DNA from: a virus
Length of the DNA: 64,000 nucleotides
Virus record (IMG/VR): IMGVR_UViG_3300047489_000453
Coordinates: 72,788-136,787 of that record
Direction: 5' to 3' (one strand)
Shown: in pieces, positions 19,543-28,860 of the stretch
Layout: each line of letters starts with the position of its first letter
How positions within the stretch are numbered: position 1 is the stretch's first letter
The notes under the pieces: model-generated
Seen by the model: the letters and a program-made list of their open reading frames with translations, nothing else
The model's database searches: none
What the model was told of the DNA's origin: nothing
Position numbers and translations under genes: made by a program

Positions 19543-19872
19543 CTACTTCATGTTTAGTTTCATTATAGTTAGCCCTATGGCAACTATAAGGGAACCCAGT
19601 GTTACATATTTATTAGCGTTTAGACCAAAAAACACAAGAGGGATTACATAATCTGTTAGTATAACCGCAAATTCCCAGCAAAGGCTAAAGAAAAATATCC
19701 TGTCAGTGGTCTGGCATATCCTTACTCCACTGACCCATAGAGATCCTATAAGGAAACTGCAGCACAAAGACATTGCATAATAATACTTGGACTCACGTAT
19801 GCTATCTGTGTAAGAGAAAACTAAAGAGGTGCTATAAACTAGTACTACCATAAACAGAATTAGGTAAGCCAT
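19543..19872 (-). CDS. Small four-TM membrane protein (SMR/EamA-like topology)
   Basis: Four hydrophobic segments in 109 aa; GGAGG RBS. Confidence 0.55.
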   Translation of the reverse strand: MAYLILFMVVLVYSTSLVFSYTDSIRESKYYYAMSLCCSFLIGSLWVSGVRICQTTDRIFFFSLCWEFAVILTDYVIPLVFFGLNANKYVTLGSLIVAIGLTIMKLNMK

Positions 19873-19900
19873 AGGCCCTCCGTTGTAGTAGTGATTGATT

Positions 19901-19916
19901 GTGGAGACGTCTCCAC
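19901..19916. repeat. Dispersed 16-bp palindrome copy (16/16)
   Basis: GTGGAGACGTCTCCAC, intergenic. Confidence 0.9.
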
Positions 19917-19998
19917 TTTTGATTGTACATTATTATTGGCAGCACCTGATAGCTAAAAAAATCACCTCCAATCCCCTAAGGGATGGAGGTGGTTTTAT

Positions 19999-20337
19999 TT
20001 AGTTGGTATCGCCATCGCGATACCATGTACCGCCCGTGAAGGGCAGCTGGACAAGGGTTACCTTGTCAGCGCCCTCACCAGATGTGGCTACTCTGGTGAA
20101 TCCCACATTCGTGACTGTCCAACTTCGTGAAAACACGAAGGCTTTAAGTCCTATCTTCTGTGGGAGAGACGCTTCTTGGTAACCTGCACATTTGTCAGCG
20201 GACGGTAGTCCGCTGTACTGTGACAGGTCGTAAGCGGAAACGCCAACCGCTATCAACAGACATGTAAACGCCGCCAACAGAAGTTTGTTAAATATATTAA
20301 CAACCCCTGCTATAAAAGCCATTACAGTCTCCACCAT
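19999..20337 (-). CDS. Cassette gene: membrane-anchored hypothetical protein
   Basis: AAGGAG RBS before MVETV; N-terminal hydrophobic segment. Confidence 0.6.
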   Translation of the reverse strand: MVETVMAFIAGVVNIFNKLLLAAFTCLLIAVGVSAYDLSQYSGLPSADKCAGYQEASLPQKIGLKAFVFSRSWTVTNVGFTRVATSGEGADKVTLVQLPFTGGTWYRDGDTN

Positions 20338-20421
20338 GGCATTTTCTCCTTTCATAAAAGAGGGCATGCCTGCCCTATATGAGATTAAGAATCATTCACG
20401 TCTGAATGATTAACCTATCCC

Positions 20422-20480
20422 TTCATATATCTATGACACATTTGTGCCTTGAATTAAGGGCATGGGTGATAGCTAAAAAA
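20422..20480 (-). promoter_or_regulatory. Repeated cassette promoter motif, copy A (CTTAATTC-N11-GTGTCATA), preceded by TTTTTAGCTAT
   Basis: Same motif and spacing at 20913-20970 and 21370-21428; variant at 34448-34474. Confidence 0.7.
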
Positions 20481-20493
20481 ATAACCCAACCCA

Positions 20494-20631
20494 CTATTCA
20501 GTGGGCTGGGAGATTTTTATTAGTGCCAGGGAAGATATCCCTAGCATAACCAGACCAACCAGTCTTTCGGTTGGGCTGGAGTTAAATCCAAAGCTAAGCA
20601 TTAGACCCAGGGTAATCATGATTTCAAACAT
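20494..20631 (-). CDS. Cassette gene: 45-aa hydrophobic peptide
   Basis: AGGAGG RBS; MFEIMITLGLMLSFGFNSSPTERLVGLVMLGISSLALIKISQPTE. Confidence 0.5.
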   Translation of the reverse strand: MFEIMITLGLMLSFGFNSSPTERLVGLVMLGISSLALIKISQPTE

Positions 20632-20663
20632 GATTACCTCCTTTCTGTATGACCAAGTCCCCC

Positions 20664-20846
20664 TTAGGAGAAGGACTTGGCGGCCACAGCGTTAACTGGT
20701 AACGCTTTGTGGCCTGACGAGAAGATCTTTGACCTGGCAACAACGCCGGTCTTAGATTCTTCTCTAATGGACTCTTCTTTCGGATGAGCCCATACAATCC
20801 GTCTTGCTTTTGACAGAAGCAAGAAAAACTGTGTGCTTGACTGCAT
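20664..20846 (-). CDS. Cassette gene: small hypothetical protein
   Basis: AGGAGG RBS. Confidence 0.55.
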   Translation of the reverse strand: MQSSTQFFLLLSKARRIVWAHPKEESIREESKTGVVARSKIFSSGHKALPVNAVAAKSFS

Positions 20847-20912
20847 GTTACCTCCTATAACACTATCAAGCTGGGATCAGGGCCACATCGCATGTGGCAG
20901 ATAACCCGTCCC

Positions 20913-20970
20913 TTCATGTATATATGACACGGTAACGGGTTGAATTAAGTGGTCCAGTAATAGCTAAAAA
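20913..20970 (-). promoter_or_regulatory. Repeated cassette promoter motif, copy B
   Basis: Plus strand: ttcatgtatatatgacac-N11-gaattaag...atagctaaaaa. Confidence 0.7.
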
Positions 20971-20997
20971 AAAAGAACCCGGCCTTTCGGCCGGGTT
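20965..20997 (-). terminator. Intrinsic terminator
   Basis: Minus strand: AACCCGGCC-GAAA-GGCCGGGTT followed by a T run. Confidence 0.8.
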
Positions 20998-21003
20998 GAC
21001 TAC

Positions 21004-21288
21004 TTAGTAGTCTGACGCCGGTGAGGCGTCATTCTTTTTATTTTTGGGCTTTCGCTTCTTCTTCAGAAGCTTAGCCCGCCGGATTAGGCGAGCAGCCCGC
21101 TTGGCTTCCCGCTCGTTGTCGAGACGGGTAATGGCAAGCAATACCTCCTGTTGGAGGGTTGCTTGCGCATGCCTCTTCTTCATTAAGTCGTCAAGGCGAC
21201 GACTTAAGAAGATTCGGCTATGCAGCTCGGCCGCCAAAAGGCCAAGCCCGAAACAAAGGATACATCCAATGATGTACTCCATGTCCAT
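21004..21288 (-). CDS. Cassette gene: TM segment plus basic tail
   Basis: AGGAG RBS; N-terminal TM; K/R-rich C-terminus. Confidence 0.6.
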   Translation of the reverse strand: MDMEYIIGCILCFGLGLLAAELHSRIFLSRRLDDLMKKRHAQATLQQEVLLAITRLDNEREAKRAARLIRRAKLLKKKRKPKNKKNDASPASDY

Positions 21289-21369
21289 TGTTATACTCCT
21301 TTCAGTATAACGAGGTCAGCGTCTGCTCAAACGAGCAGACTGTAAGCCGCCTCTAATGGTTATGTCTCT

Positions 21370-21428
21370 TTCATGTATATATGACACGTTTATGGCCCGA
21401 ATTAAGGCCTGGTAAGTGATGCCTAAAA
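21370..21428 (-). promoter_or_regulatory. Repeated cassette promoter motif, copy C
   Basis: Plus strand: ttcatgtatatatgacac-N11-gaattaag. Confidence 0.7.
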
Positions 21429-21589
21429 ACATCTAGATCAACGCCAGCGACAGACTGCACTAGCGTTGATCGGTAATCCCCACGCATTATGGCCGTCGCC
21501 ATAATGCAATATGATGGTCGCTCAATATTCGCTCGGGGCTTGCGAATAGCCAACATATCATTTAATTATGACGCAATTATTGATTGGAT

Positions 21590-22220
21590 TAAGTTGTTCC
21601 ATAAGCCTGTTGTTCCATGTCTTGTGAGTTGTGGAACGCGTGGAACGCGTGGAACGACTTTATGTAACTTGTTATGTTTAAAGCAGTTATATTAATACAT
21701 GTTGTTCCAAGTTCAATAAAAGCTGTGGAACGCGTGGAACAATCGCATGTAACTTGTTATTCTTAAAGTACTTACATAAATATATGTTGTTCGATAAAAC
21801 TCTTGTCACTTTCTTCACCCTAGGTGCTAGTAACTGATTAGAGTTCCCCTATAAGGGACCATCTAATCCCTAAGCTCCCGCTGGCCCTACTAAGGATTGT
21901 GATTAAGGTACTTCTTGACCCATAGGTTCCTATGGTCCTGAAGGTCCTTGATAACATTCTCGTGGTTTATCCTGTATTGGAGACCATGGTAATCGAGAAG
22001 CTCGTTTACCTTATTGGTATCCTCTAGGTCCCATGAGGTCCTTAGGGCCTGACTAGCTAACCAAGAGCTAACTATGGGCTTTCCTAGCTTATGGCTATTA
22101 GGCCTGTCGTATGCTCTTATGAGAGATTCGGATAAATTATTAAATTTAAAAGACTTATGCTTATATAGTCTGTTCCATAAACCCGCTGTTCCAAGTTCGA
22201 TAAAAGTTGTGGAACGTTTT
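21590..22220. repeat. Iteron-like TGTTCC/GGAAC repeat region (candidate origin or packaging site)
   Basis: (GTGGAACGC)n tandem copies; TGTTCCAAGTTCRATAAAAGYTGTGGAACG present at ~21703 and ~22187; ATGTAACTTGTTAT twice. Confidence 0.6.
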
Positions 22221-22254
22221 AGATTTATGACACGTTGAAACAAAATGATTTAAA

Positions 22255-22632
22255 CTAAGACATGCCGCCAGTGTCTTCTCTGAGGATATCCTCTTCGGAA
22301 ACATTGACGGAGTAGATCTCTATGGCCTCGGTGTCTTCCATGGCATGAAACTTATGGTTAACGCCTGGCATTACTTTGATAGAGTCGTTGGGTCCAAGGT
22401 ATAGAATTGAGTAAGGAGTTTTATCTCCCTCTTTAAATAGCTCGACGGCCAACTTACCCGATATGATGTAAAACTGGTTCCACTTATGAGTATGCCTGTG
22501 ATTTGAGCAGAACCCGCCTTTCTTTATGGTTATATGGCAAGCCTGGAATACGTTGTCTATGTGCATGATATAATTCATGCCCCATAGCTTTTCTTCCTGC
22601 CTAATTTTTATTATCTGTATGTTCTTGTCCAT
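22255..22632 (-). CDS. Cupin-fold protein (sugar isomerase-like)
   Basis: SNHRH..KWNQFYIISG...PGVNHKF. Confidence 0.75.
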   Translation of the reverse strand: MDKNIQIIKIRQEEKLWGMNYIMHIDNVFQACHITIKKGGFCSNHRHTHKWNQFYIISGKLAVELFKEGDKTPYSILYLGPNDSIKVMPGVNHKFHAMEDTEAIEIYSVNVSEEDILREDTGGMS

Positions 22633-22678
22633 ATTGCACCTAGGCCTGGCTACAACTTAATTATATCTTATTTTATCA

Positions 22679-23719
22679 TCATCCTTCTATAAGTCTTTTC
22701 CATTGTGAAAGAAACTGGCTTCGGGCAGCCCTTCTACCTGACGCTGTATTTTTACTTATCGACAACAGGCCGTCTTTAATAGCGTTTACAACTACCTCTA
22801 TGAATGCCTCTGGATTAGGTTCTGCATACATTACGCCGCCCTTTGAGCCGCCACAATTACAGGGCACTAGTCTTCCGTTAACACCGTCTGTAATTATGTT
22901 TGATATAGGCGGCACATCGTAGGCTATAACCGGCGTACCCATATAAAGAGACTCTATGCCAACCAAGCCGAATCCTTCTATTTCAGCTGGCCACAATACA
23001 AGATCATGCTTGCTGTAAAGAATAAGTGAGCTGGTACAAGTTGTTTCATCAATAACCAACTTAATAGACTTATGTTTTGTAATAAATTTAGCTAAGGATT
23101 TCTTACAAGACCAAGGCATACTCTTGGGGCTGTGCGATATAGTTATAACCACGTTTGGAAGCTTAGCCTGAATACCTGTCAGTATTTCATAAAGTGAATC
23201 CAGGTCACATCTTAGGCCTTGGCTTGAATGCAACGGAACTAGTATTCTAGGGGCATCCAAGTTTATATCAGATGCTTCTTTTTTAGTTATTGGAATAGGG
23301 CTGTCCCACTGAATAGTGGAGGCGTCTCTAATATTTACTTCCTTCTGCAGAGTATTAGTATTATCAAGGCAAGGCGACACGACATGGGCACATATCTTAA
23401 ATGACGACCTTATATAACCTGGCAGGCAGTCCCATGGCGCCAAGGCTATTGTTACTATTGATTTGCCTACTTTTTGAACAACTTCTCTACTAGGTGGTAC
23501 AGGCCATATGATATGGCTTATATCGCTGAGCCATTCCTCGTATGACATGTCTTTTGGAGTTTTTACTATGCTATCCCAGTTACAGCCGTAATGGTGCTTG
23601 GGAATCTTATTGCTGAATAGAGTTGTTTCGTATCCTATTATTTTAAACGAATCTGCTAATCTCAAGGCCGCGTATACGGCATCGTGTGGTTTATACTGGA
23701 CATCGAAGCCTATTTTCAT
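22679..23719 (-). CDS. GT4-like (GT-B) glycosyltransferase
   Basis: EGFGLVGIESLYMGTPVIAYD (E-x7-E motif), ITDGVNG. Confidence 0.8.
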   Translation of the reverse strand: MKIGFDVQYKPHDAVYAALRLADSFKIIGYETTLFSNKIPKHHYGCNWDSIVKTPKDMSYEEWLSDISHIIWPVPPSREVVQKVGKSIVTIALAPWDCLPGYIRSSFKICAHVVSPCLDNTNTLQKEVNIRDASTIQWDSPIPITKKEASDINLDAPRILVPLHSSQGLRCDLDSLYEILTGIQAKLPNVVITISHSPKSMPWSCKKSLAKFITKHKSIKLVIDETTCTSSLILYSKHDLVLWPAEIEGFGLVGIESLYMGTPVIAYDVPPISNIITDGVNGRLVPCNCGGSKGGVMYAEPNPEAFIEVVVNAIKDGLLSISKNTASGRRAARSQFLSQWKRLIEG

Positions 23720-23721
23720 AA

Positions 23722-24345
23722 TTAGTTATGCGTAAATAAGTACCCATCAACCTTACTGGGCTTGAATGATGGATTCTCTTTAAGTTTGTTAACATACTCC
23801 CAGTCCGCTGCAAAGCTGTCACTGTTCCATTTAGAGCTTCCTACTAAGTCAGTATGAGCTATCCAGCCTCCTGCGTCTATAGCTCCTCTTTTAAGTTCTG
23901 TCTTTAGTGGTTTCCATAACTTATGGCTATGAACCATGTTACAGTATGCAAAGTTTGCTTTGTTATCCAGGGCGGTGCTTACCATCCACTCTAGATACAC
24001 AGGAGCGTACCAGCAGTCAGCATTCATAGTTCCTATCCAGTTACAGCCAAGCCCCTTGCATATATCAAAGCCGGCCTGGCGCATATTGTGTCCAAACTTA
24101 TTGGCTCTGGTATCAGTGCTGTATTTAATAAACCTCTTATCCTTACCTATGGCAGAGACGCAGGCTTCCTCTGCTTCAGGAGTCCATGGGCCATCATGCA
24201 TAATACATGCTGTGAAATTTCCGAATGTTTGGCATTTTAGGGCGTATATAAGAGATGATAGGCAATTTGTTTGATTGTAGGTTACTACAGCGAGTCCTAC
24301 CTCGTTTGAGGTAGGTATCTTTCTACGCTTCCAGTATCTCATCAC
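23722..24345 (-). CDS. GT2-like glycosyltransferase
   Basis: AVVTYN, HDG, GHNMR, NADCWY, ADW. Confidence 0.7.
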   Translation of the reverse strand: MMRYWKRRKIPTSNEVGLAVVTYNQTNCLSSLIYALKCQTFGNFTACIMHDGPWTPEAEEACVSAIGKDKRFIKYSTDTRANKFGHNMRQAGFDICKGLGCNWIGTMNADCWYAPVYLEWMVSTALDNKANFAYCNMVHSHKLWKPLKTELKRGAIDAGGWIAHTDLVGSSKWNSDSFAADWEYVNKLKENPSFKPSKVDGYLFTHN

Positions 24346-25196
24346 TTTATCCTTAAAGAGCCTTTACCGGCGTTCCTTCCTGACGGGTGTCTAGTAACGC
24401 CTCTGTAGTGAAAAACAAAGCTTGAACAGGCTATTGAGTTTGATATGCCTAGTTTTTTCCAACGACCCATAAGTTCGTCTTCGTTTTTTACCATTTTATA
24501 TTTTGGATTAAAGAATTGGCCTTCAGACAAATTATAGGCGCCAGCTTTCCATGTCTCTGCCTTGGATGCCAGACAAAAGCCATTTAGCGGGCCCTTTTCT
24601 ATAATTCCTTTGCACGAATCATATAGCCGGGTAGATACGCCGGCTATATATTCGTCAGAATCATTTACAGCATAGTCACTTATAAACCTTTTGACGTGCT
24701 GCCTAGGCCTGTGGCCCGGTGCATTCGTCATCGGCCCCACCACGCCTGCGCCTGCGCCTAGAGACTCTACGATTCCCTGACTCCACAGGCGGGGGAACTT
24801 CAGATCGGAGTTCCCCGCTATTATCACTTGGGCATGGTGCTCCAAGGCCAGGCTGATTCCCTTGTTCCATGACCGTGTCAAATTCTTGTCGTTCCGGGGG
24901 AATCTGAACGTCTGCAGTCGCGTCTTGGGATACTTCGACCACATTTCCGGGTTCCACTGCGGGCTCCCGTCGTCCACAAGAATCACTATCCCGTTCGCAG
25001 TGTTCGCCAGGAAGCTTTCCACAGCTATTTTCGCATAATCGAACTGGTTGTACGTCGGAATTACCACAGCTATTGTAGGCTGGGGCGTCTTGAAATGAGC
25101 CTCCAGCAGGTACGCTGGCCTCCTTGCTCGTACAAGCCGGAGCAGCTTCTTCTGTTCCTTCGACCCCTTGCGGTCCTGTAGGCCCGGTACATCCAA
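24342..25196 (-). CDS. GT2 glycosyltransferase
   Basis: VVIPTYN, ILVDDGS, WNKG, NSD, GFC, EDEL, FVFHY; start uncertain (TTG). Confidence 0.75.
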   Translation of the reverse strand: MDVPGLQDRKGSKEQKKLLRLVRARRPAYLLEAHFKTPQPTIAVVIPTYNQFDYAKIAVESFLANTANGIVILVDDGSPQWNPEMWSKYPKTRLQTFRFPRNDKNLTRSWNKGISLALEHHAQVIIAGNSDLKFPRLWSQGIVESLGAGAGVVGPMTNAPGHRPRQHVKRFISDYAVNDSDEYIAGVSTRLYDSCKGIIEKGPLNGFCLASKAETWKAGAYNLSEGQFFNPKYKMVKNEDELMGRWKKLGISNSIACSSFVFHYRGVTRHPSGRNAGKGSLRIK

Positions 25197-25950
25197 TAGC
25201 TCCTTCAGGCAAAAATGACTTCTCTGGGAAAAATTCTTTAGGCTCAGGCTCCCCGTAGCAGGGGCTAACTTGAGACATCAAGAGATTTCCAAATCCTTTT
25301 AAAGTATTAGGAGTAAGCTGGGCAGTACACCTCATACGAAGAACTTTTATCTGTAGAGGACCCTGGCCATAAGGGTTCTTATCAAAAGTGTCTACTGGAT
25401 CAAGTTCGGTAAGAGTGATGCCGTGCTTCTTAAGAACGTCTGTACACTTTAGCAAAAAGGCACAGCCTTTATCAAAAATGCCGGGGTAGCAGTCATCTAA
25501 TAAGATATGGGTGTTTGCACCGCATACATGTAGAACGCCTTCGAGGTCGCTGGTAATAGTTTCAAGGCTATGCCCTCCATCAACAAAAACTACGTTTGCT
25601 GTAGGAATGCCGGTAACGGCTTGCTCCAAAGTTACTCTGGTGTCGCCTTTTACCAGTTGCACCTTGCTGGCACCTGCGGCTATAAGCTTTTGCCTAATCT
25701 CTTCTCTGTTCATGGCCAAGGCAGGTTTGCCGAATTCGTTTGCATTTACCTCTACGGTCATGTCTTCAAACAGATCAAACCCGTAGTATTCAATGTTGGT
25801 TCTTCCAACTTTCTTGGCAAACTTAATCATGGCAGTTGCCCTTACGCCATGATGTACGCCAATCTCTACAATTCGGAAGGGCTTGTTCTTTTTGCTATCG
25901 TTAGCTGTGCTAGAAATAGCTTCATTTAAATTATCGTACCTACTAGCCAT
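24703..25950 (-). CDS. Class I SAM methyltransferase (Methyltransf_24-like) with long low-complexity tail overlapping the GT2 gene
   Basis: VEIGVHHG, YYGFDLF, VKGDT, FVDGGHS, ILLDD. Confidence 0.75.
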   Translation of the reverse strand: MASRYDNLNEAISSTANDSKKNKPFRIVEIGVHHGVRATAMIKFAKKVGRTNIEYYGFDLFEDMTVEVNANEFGKPALAMNREEIRQKLIAAGASKVQLVKGDTRVTLEQAVTGIPTANVVFVDGGHSLETITSDLEGVLHVCGANTHILLDDCYPGIFDKGCAFLLKCTDVLKKHGITLTELDPVDTFDKNPYGQGPLQIKVLRMRCTAQLTPNTLKGFGNLLMSQVSPCYGEPEPKEFFPEKSFLPEGAIGCTGPTGPQGVEGTEEAAPACTSKEASVPAGGSFQDAPAYNSCGNSDVQPVRLCENSCGKLPGEHCERDSDSCGRREPAVEPGNVVEVSQDATADVQIPPERQEFDTVMEQGNQPGLGAPCPSDNSGELRSEVPPPVESGNRRVSRRRRRRGGADDECTGPQA

Positions 25951-25959
25951 AATTAACTC

Positions 25960-26676
25960 CTACAAGGGTTTATCAGTTTTGCTTCTAGTGTACCCAGAAG
26001 TATCCTTAGGTTCTGGTAACTTATCAAGTCCTAATTCAGTTCTGAGCTTTACGTAGTCAGAGTCGTGGACCTTACCGCCGCAACCCAATAGCGGTGATAA
26101 TGATAATACCGGAATTTTAGCCTTTTCTCGAGCTAATTTTCTAGCAACATAGGTCCATTCTCTGTATTCAGCATAAACATCAGCTGGATCAAGACCGTGA
26201 AATCTCACATGTTGGTTGTGAGAATGGTGGTCTCCGCCTAGGCCTGACATGTCAACTCCGATTAGAAATATAGCTCTGGCTCCCATTCTGCAGGCCATAT
26301 CTATGGCGGTCTGCTGAACTCCTCTGCCTATGAATAAAGTATTTTTGTCTTTTCCCAAAAACCCAGACCATTCAGGGTTAGTTTTAAAAACGTATCTGTT
26401 AGGGTCGTCAAAGGGTAGATTTGTAGGTGGTTTTTGTTTTACTATCCATTGGGTTTCTACGTCAGGATTTGACTTAACTACTTCTCTATATTCAACTTCC
26501 AGCTCAGGGTGAACTGTTATTGAATAAGTAACTTTAAAGTTCTTATAAGCTTGATTGAGGCCTATAGATACTCTTCCACCCAAAAGGTCTTTGGGTATAA
26601 GCCTGGCTGTTGGGCCTGTTCCGACTATATAGATATCTGCGCCTCTATGTTTTCCGTAGAGTTTATCTATTAGCAT
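25960..26676 (-). CDS. DUF115/Maf/sialyltransferase-like Rossmann protein
   Basis: IYIVGTGPT, IGLN, IFLIGVD. Confidence 0.65.
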   Translation of the reverse strand: MLIDKLYGKHRGADIYIVGTGPTARLIPKDLLGGRVSIGLNQAYKNFKVTYSITVHPELEVEYREVVKSNPDVETQWIVKQKPPTNLPFDDPNRYVFKTNPEWSGFLGKDKNTLFIGRGVQQTAIDMACRMGARAIFLIGVDMSGLGGDHHSHNQHVRFHGLDPADVYAEYREWTYVARKLAREKAKIPVLSLSPLLGCGGKVHDSDYVKLRTELGLDKLPEPKDTSGYTRSKTDKPL

Positions 26677-27428
26677 TTGAACTTTTCCAAGTACTTTTTG
26701 TAATGTGGATGAAGCCCCTGTGTTAGTCTTTTATCAAGTTTAGGCTTGCTCCAAAGGTCTAACGCAAAATTAAAATCAGCCTTTGAAACCGCTCCAGCAG
26801 TTATAGCTTTGAGAAGTTCGGATTCCCATAAATGAGCCAGAGGATGATTGGGCTTATACCAAGGCTGCTCAGGTTCCTTTGTATAGTGCAGAAGCCTGGT
26901 TGTCATCTCTTCGTATACGTTAAAGTGATTCCAAAATGTAGGTATCTGCAATGGTTTCTTATCCATGAAAGTAAGGTGCATAAAGTTTGCGTAGTTATAG
27001 CCCCTTCGTAGCATGTCCCATAGATCTACAGGATTCCACCCTACCCTGGCGCAGTCTATAACCATTACAGAAGTCTGAGGCCACGGGTTTTTATTAAACT
27101 TATCTGGTTGATAAGTACAGGCAACAGACTTGTCGCCCATGCTGTTTTTATAATTAAATAGTTCTGCTATGTCGCCAAACACGAGCTGGTCGGCGTCTAA
27201 ATAGATGGCGTGCCCTTCATAGTTACAGGCATGAGGAATCATAAACCTTCTGAGGCTAAACCCTGTACCCTGGTGAAGCCCTGATGGAACTTCCCAGTTA
27301 GCTCCTATCATTGGAGTTATTTTAATCTCACGTGAAGTATGCCTCTTTATAGAGTGAGCTAAAACGTCCATTGGCACTTTGGTTTTAATTTCTGTGCCGA
27401 CGAATATTCTTATAGGGCCTTCAGACAT
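26670..27428 (-). CDS. GT8-like glycosyltransferase
   Basis: FSLRRF, AIYLDADQ, SVMVID, WN, LLHYT..PW. Confidence 0.75.
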   Translation of the reverse strand: MSEGPIRIFVGTEIKTKVPMDVLAHSIKRHTSREIKITPMIGANWEVPSGLHQGTGFSLRRFMIPHACNYEGHAIYLDADQLVFGDIAELFNYKNSMGDKSVACTYQPDKFNKNPWPQTSVMVIDCARVGWNPVDLWDMLRRGYNYANFMHLTFMDKKPLQIPTFWNHFNVYEEMTTRLLHYTKEPEQPWYKPNHPLAHLWESELLKAITAGAVSKADFNFALDLWSKPKLDKRLTQGLHPHYKKYLEKFKC

Positions 27429-27480
27429 AACGTTCTCCTTTAATATTGCGCTACTATAGCGATATCCTTTTTAAATTTCA

Positions 27481-28092
27481 CTACTGATTTTGAAAAATGG
27501 GGGCTATATCAGTGCCATACTGTTTCTTGGTAAGCTTGAACTCCGAGAACTGGCCGTCAAATGAACTTCGGCCATTTGCTAGTAAATCCTCTTTGTTAAA
27601 GTGCTTGCTATAGGTTGATCCGCCGTCTATGCCTATTGTGTATATCTTTTTAATGCCGGCTATGGCTAACAAGTTCATTACGGCAACAGAGCCAAATAGC
27701 CTTACTCTTACTGTAGGACCCATTGTTTTAAGGCTTTTTTTATTAGTCCTGCTGCTGTTGTAGTAGAGTACGTTATCGAACTTTAATCCGCCCTGCATCA
27801 TAATATCCACCAAGGATTTACCCCCTGGTTTAAAATTTATATGCGGTTCCCACGGGCTTACCAGATATTTACACTTAAAGTCACTTGCCTCGGTGTGAAC
27901 ATCAAGGTCTATGGCGTGACCCAAAAGACATGGTATTTCAAACATCACGTGGTTTAGAGCTACAACATTATATTCATTAAGATTCAGCTCTTTTATTCTT
28001 TCAAACGAAGGTCCTTTTCCTGCCACCAGCCACGGCTTGTCAGACGCATAAGACCTTATCCAGTGAAAGAATGGAGATAATTTGAATCTCAT
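27481..28092 (-). CDS. DUF115/Maf/sialyltransferase-like protein
   Basis: LVAGKGPS, VVALN, IYTIGIDG. Confidence 0.6.
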   Translation of the reverse strand: MRFKLSPFFHWIRSYASDKPWLVAGKGPSFERIKELNLNEYNVVALNHVMFEIPCLLGHAIDLDVHTEASDFKCKYLVSPWEPHINFKPGGKSLVDIMMQGGLKFDNVLYYNSSRTNKKSLKTMGPTVRVRLFGSVAVMNLLAIAGIKKIYTIGIDGGSTYSKHFNKEDLLANGRSSFDGQFSEFKLTKKQYGTDIAPIFQNQ

Positions 28093-28850
28093 AGACTTAT
28101 ACCGTCCATCATCTTTCTTATAAGGATGTCATGGTCTTCTGAAAGAGCCTTGAACAGAGCTTCTTCTGTAATTGCGTGTGATTCTTTTTTTATAAAGTGG
28201 TCATACATTCCAGAGGCTGATAGCCTTGTCTGGGCGGCCGACCTACTGCCGGCTCCGTGATGGTAAAACATGTGGCCATATATGCCGCCAAATAGCGGAT
28301 GAAAGTTAATTTTGTTTGTTCTAACCATTGGAAGAAAGTCTCTGTCAAAATCAACGTAGTTTGTTGACAGTTCGGTAAATAGGTCCCCCAGCATGTTAAT
28401 CTGGGGTCTCATGTTAAAATTTATGCCTTTTTCTATGAGAGTTCTGTGGGCCATAAGAGCGCAGGGATGAGGAAAGGTGTCAAAGTTTTCACACCTTACT
28501 ATGGCAACTCCTAGCTTTCCCTTTTCTGACATAAGTCTTTCGCACACTATAAACCAGTCATCAGTTATAGGCCAGGCGTCGCTGTCTAGAGTCAAAAACC
28601 AATCACAGTCAGAGCTCTTAAATGCTTCTGTCAAAGCCAGTAGGCCGCTTAGATGGCCTTTATTGTAGTTCCAAGACTTTACTATTGAGTAACCACTATT
28701 TACCCACGGTAACTCGGCGGCTCCGTTTATGGCTACTTTTTTTATAATCTCTACGTGCTTGGTTTTATCAAGATAACTAGATTGAAGGCGGGCCCATACT
28801 TTGTTTCTTTCTGTAGGTGCCGCTACAGTGCAGGCCATTATTTTAGACAT
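28089..28850 (-). CDS. Putative GT-A glycosyltransferase
   Basis: FLTLDSDAWP (DxD motif), FYHHGAGS. Confidence 0.55.
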   Translation of the reverse strand: MSKIMACTVAAPTERNKVWARLQSSYLDKTKHVEIIKKVAINGAAELPWVNSGYSIVKSWNYNKGHLSGLLALTEAFKSSDCDWFLTLDSDAWPITDDWFIVCERLMSEKGKLGVAIVRCENFDTFPHPCALMAHRTLIEKGINFNMRPQINMLGDLFTELSTNYVDFDRDFLPMVRTNKINFHPLFGGIYGHMFYHHGAGSRSAAQTRLSASGMYDHFIKKESHAITEEALFKALSEDHDILIRKMMDGISL

Positions 28851-28860
28851 TTTTATCTTT

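Noticed and set aside
21631-21790. Possible CRISPR array
   Set aside because: Repeats are 9-30 bp, irregular and partly inverted, with no constant repeat-spacer period and no cas genes.
21890-22243. 117-aa ORF (also 21371..21556 and 21489..21695)
   Set aside because: These overlap the iteron and promoter repeats, lack an RBS and are probably spurious.
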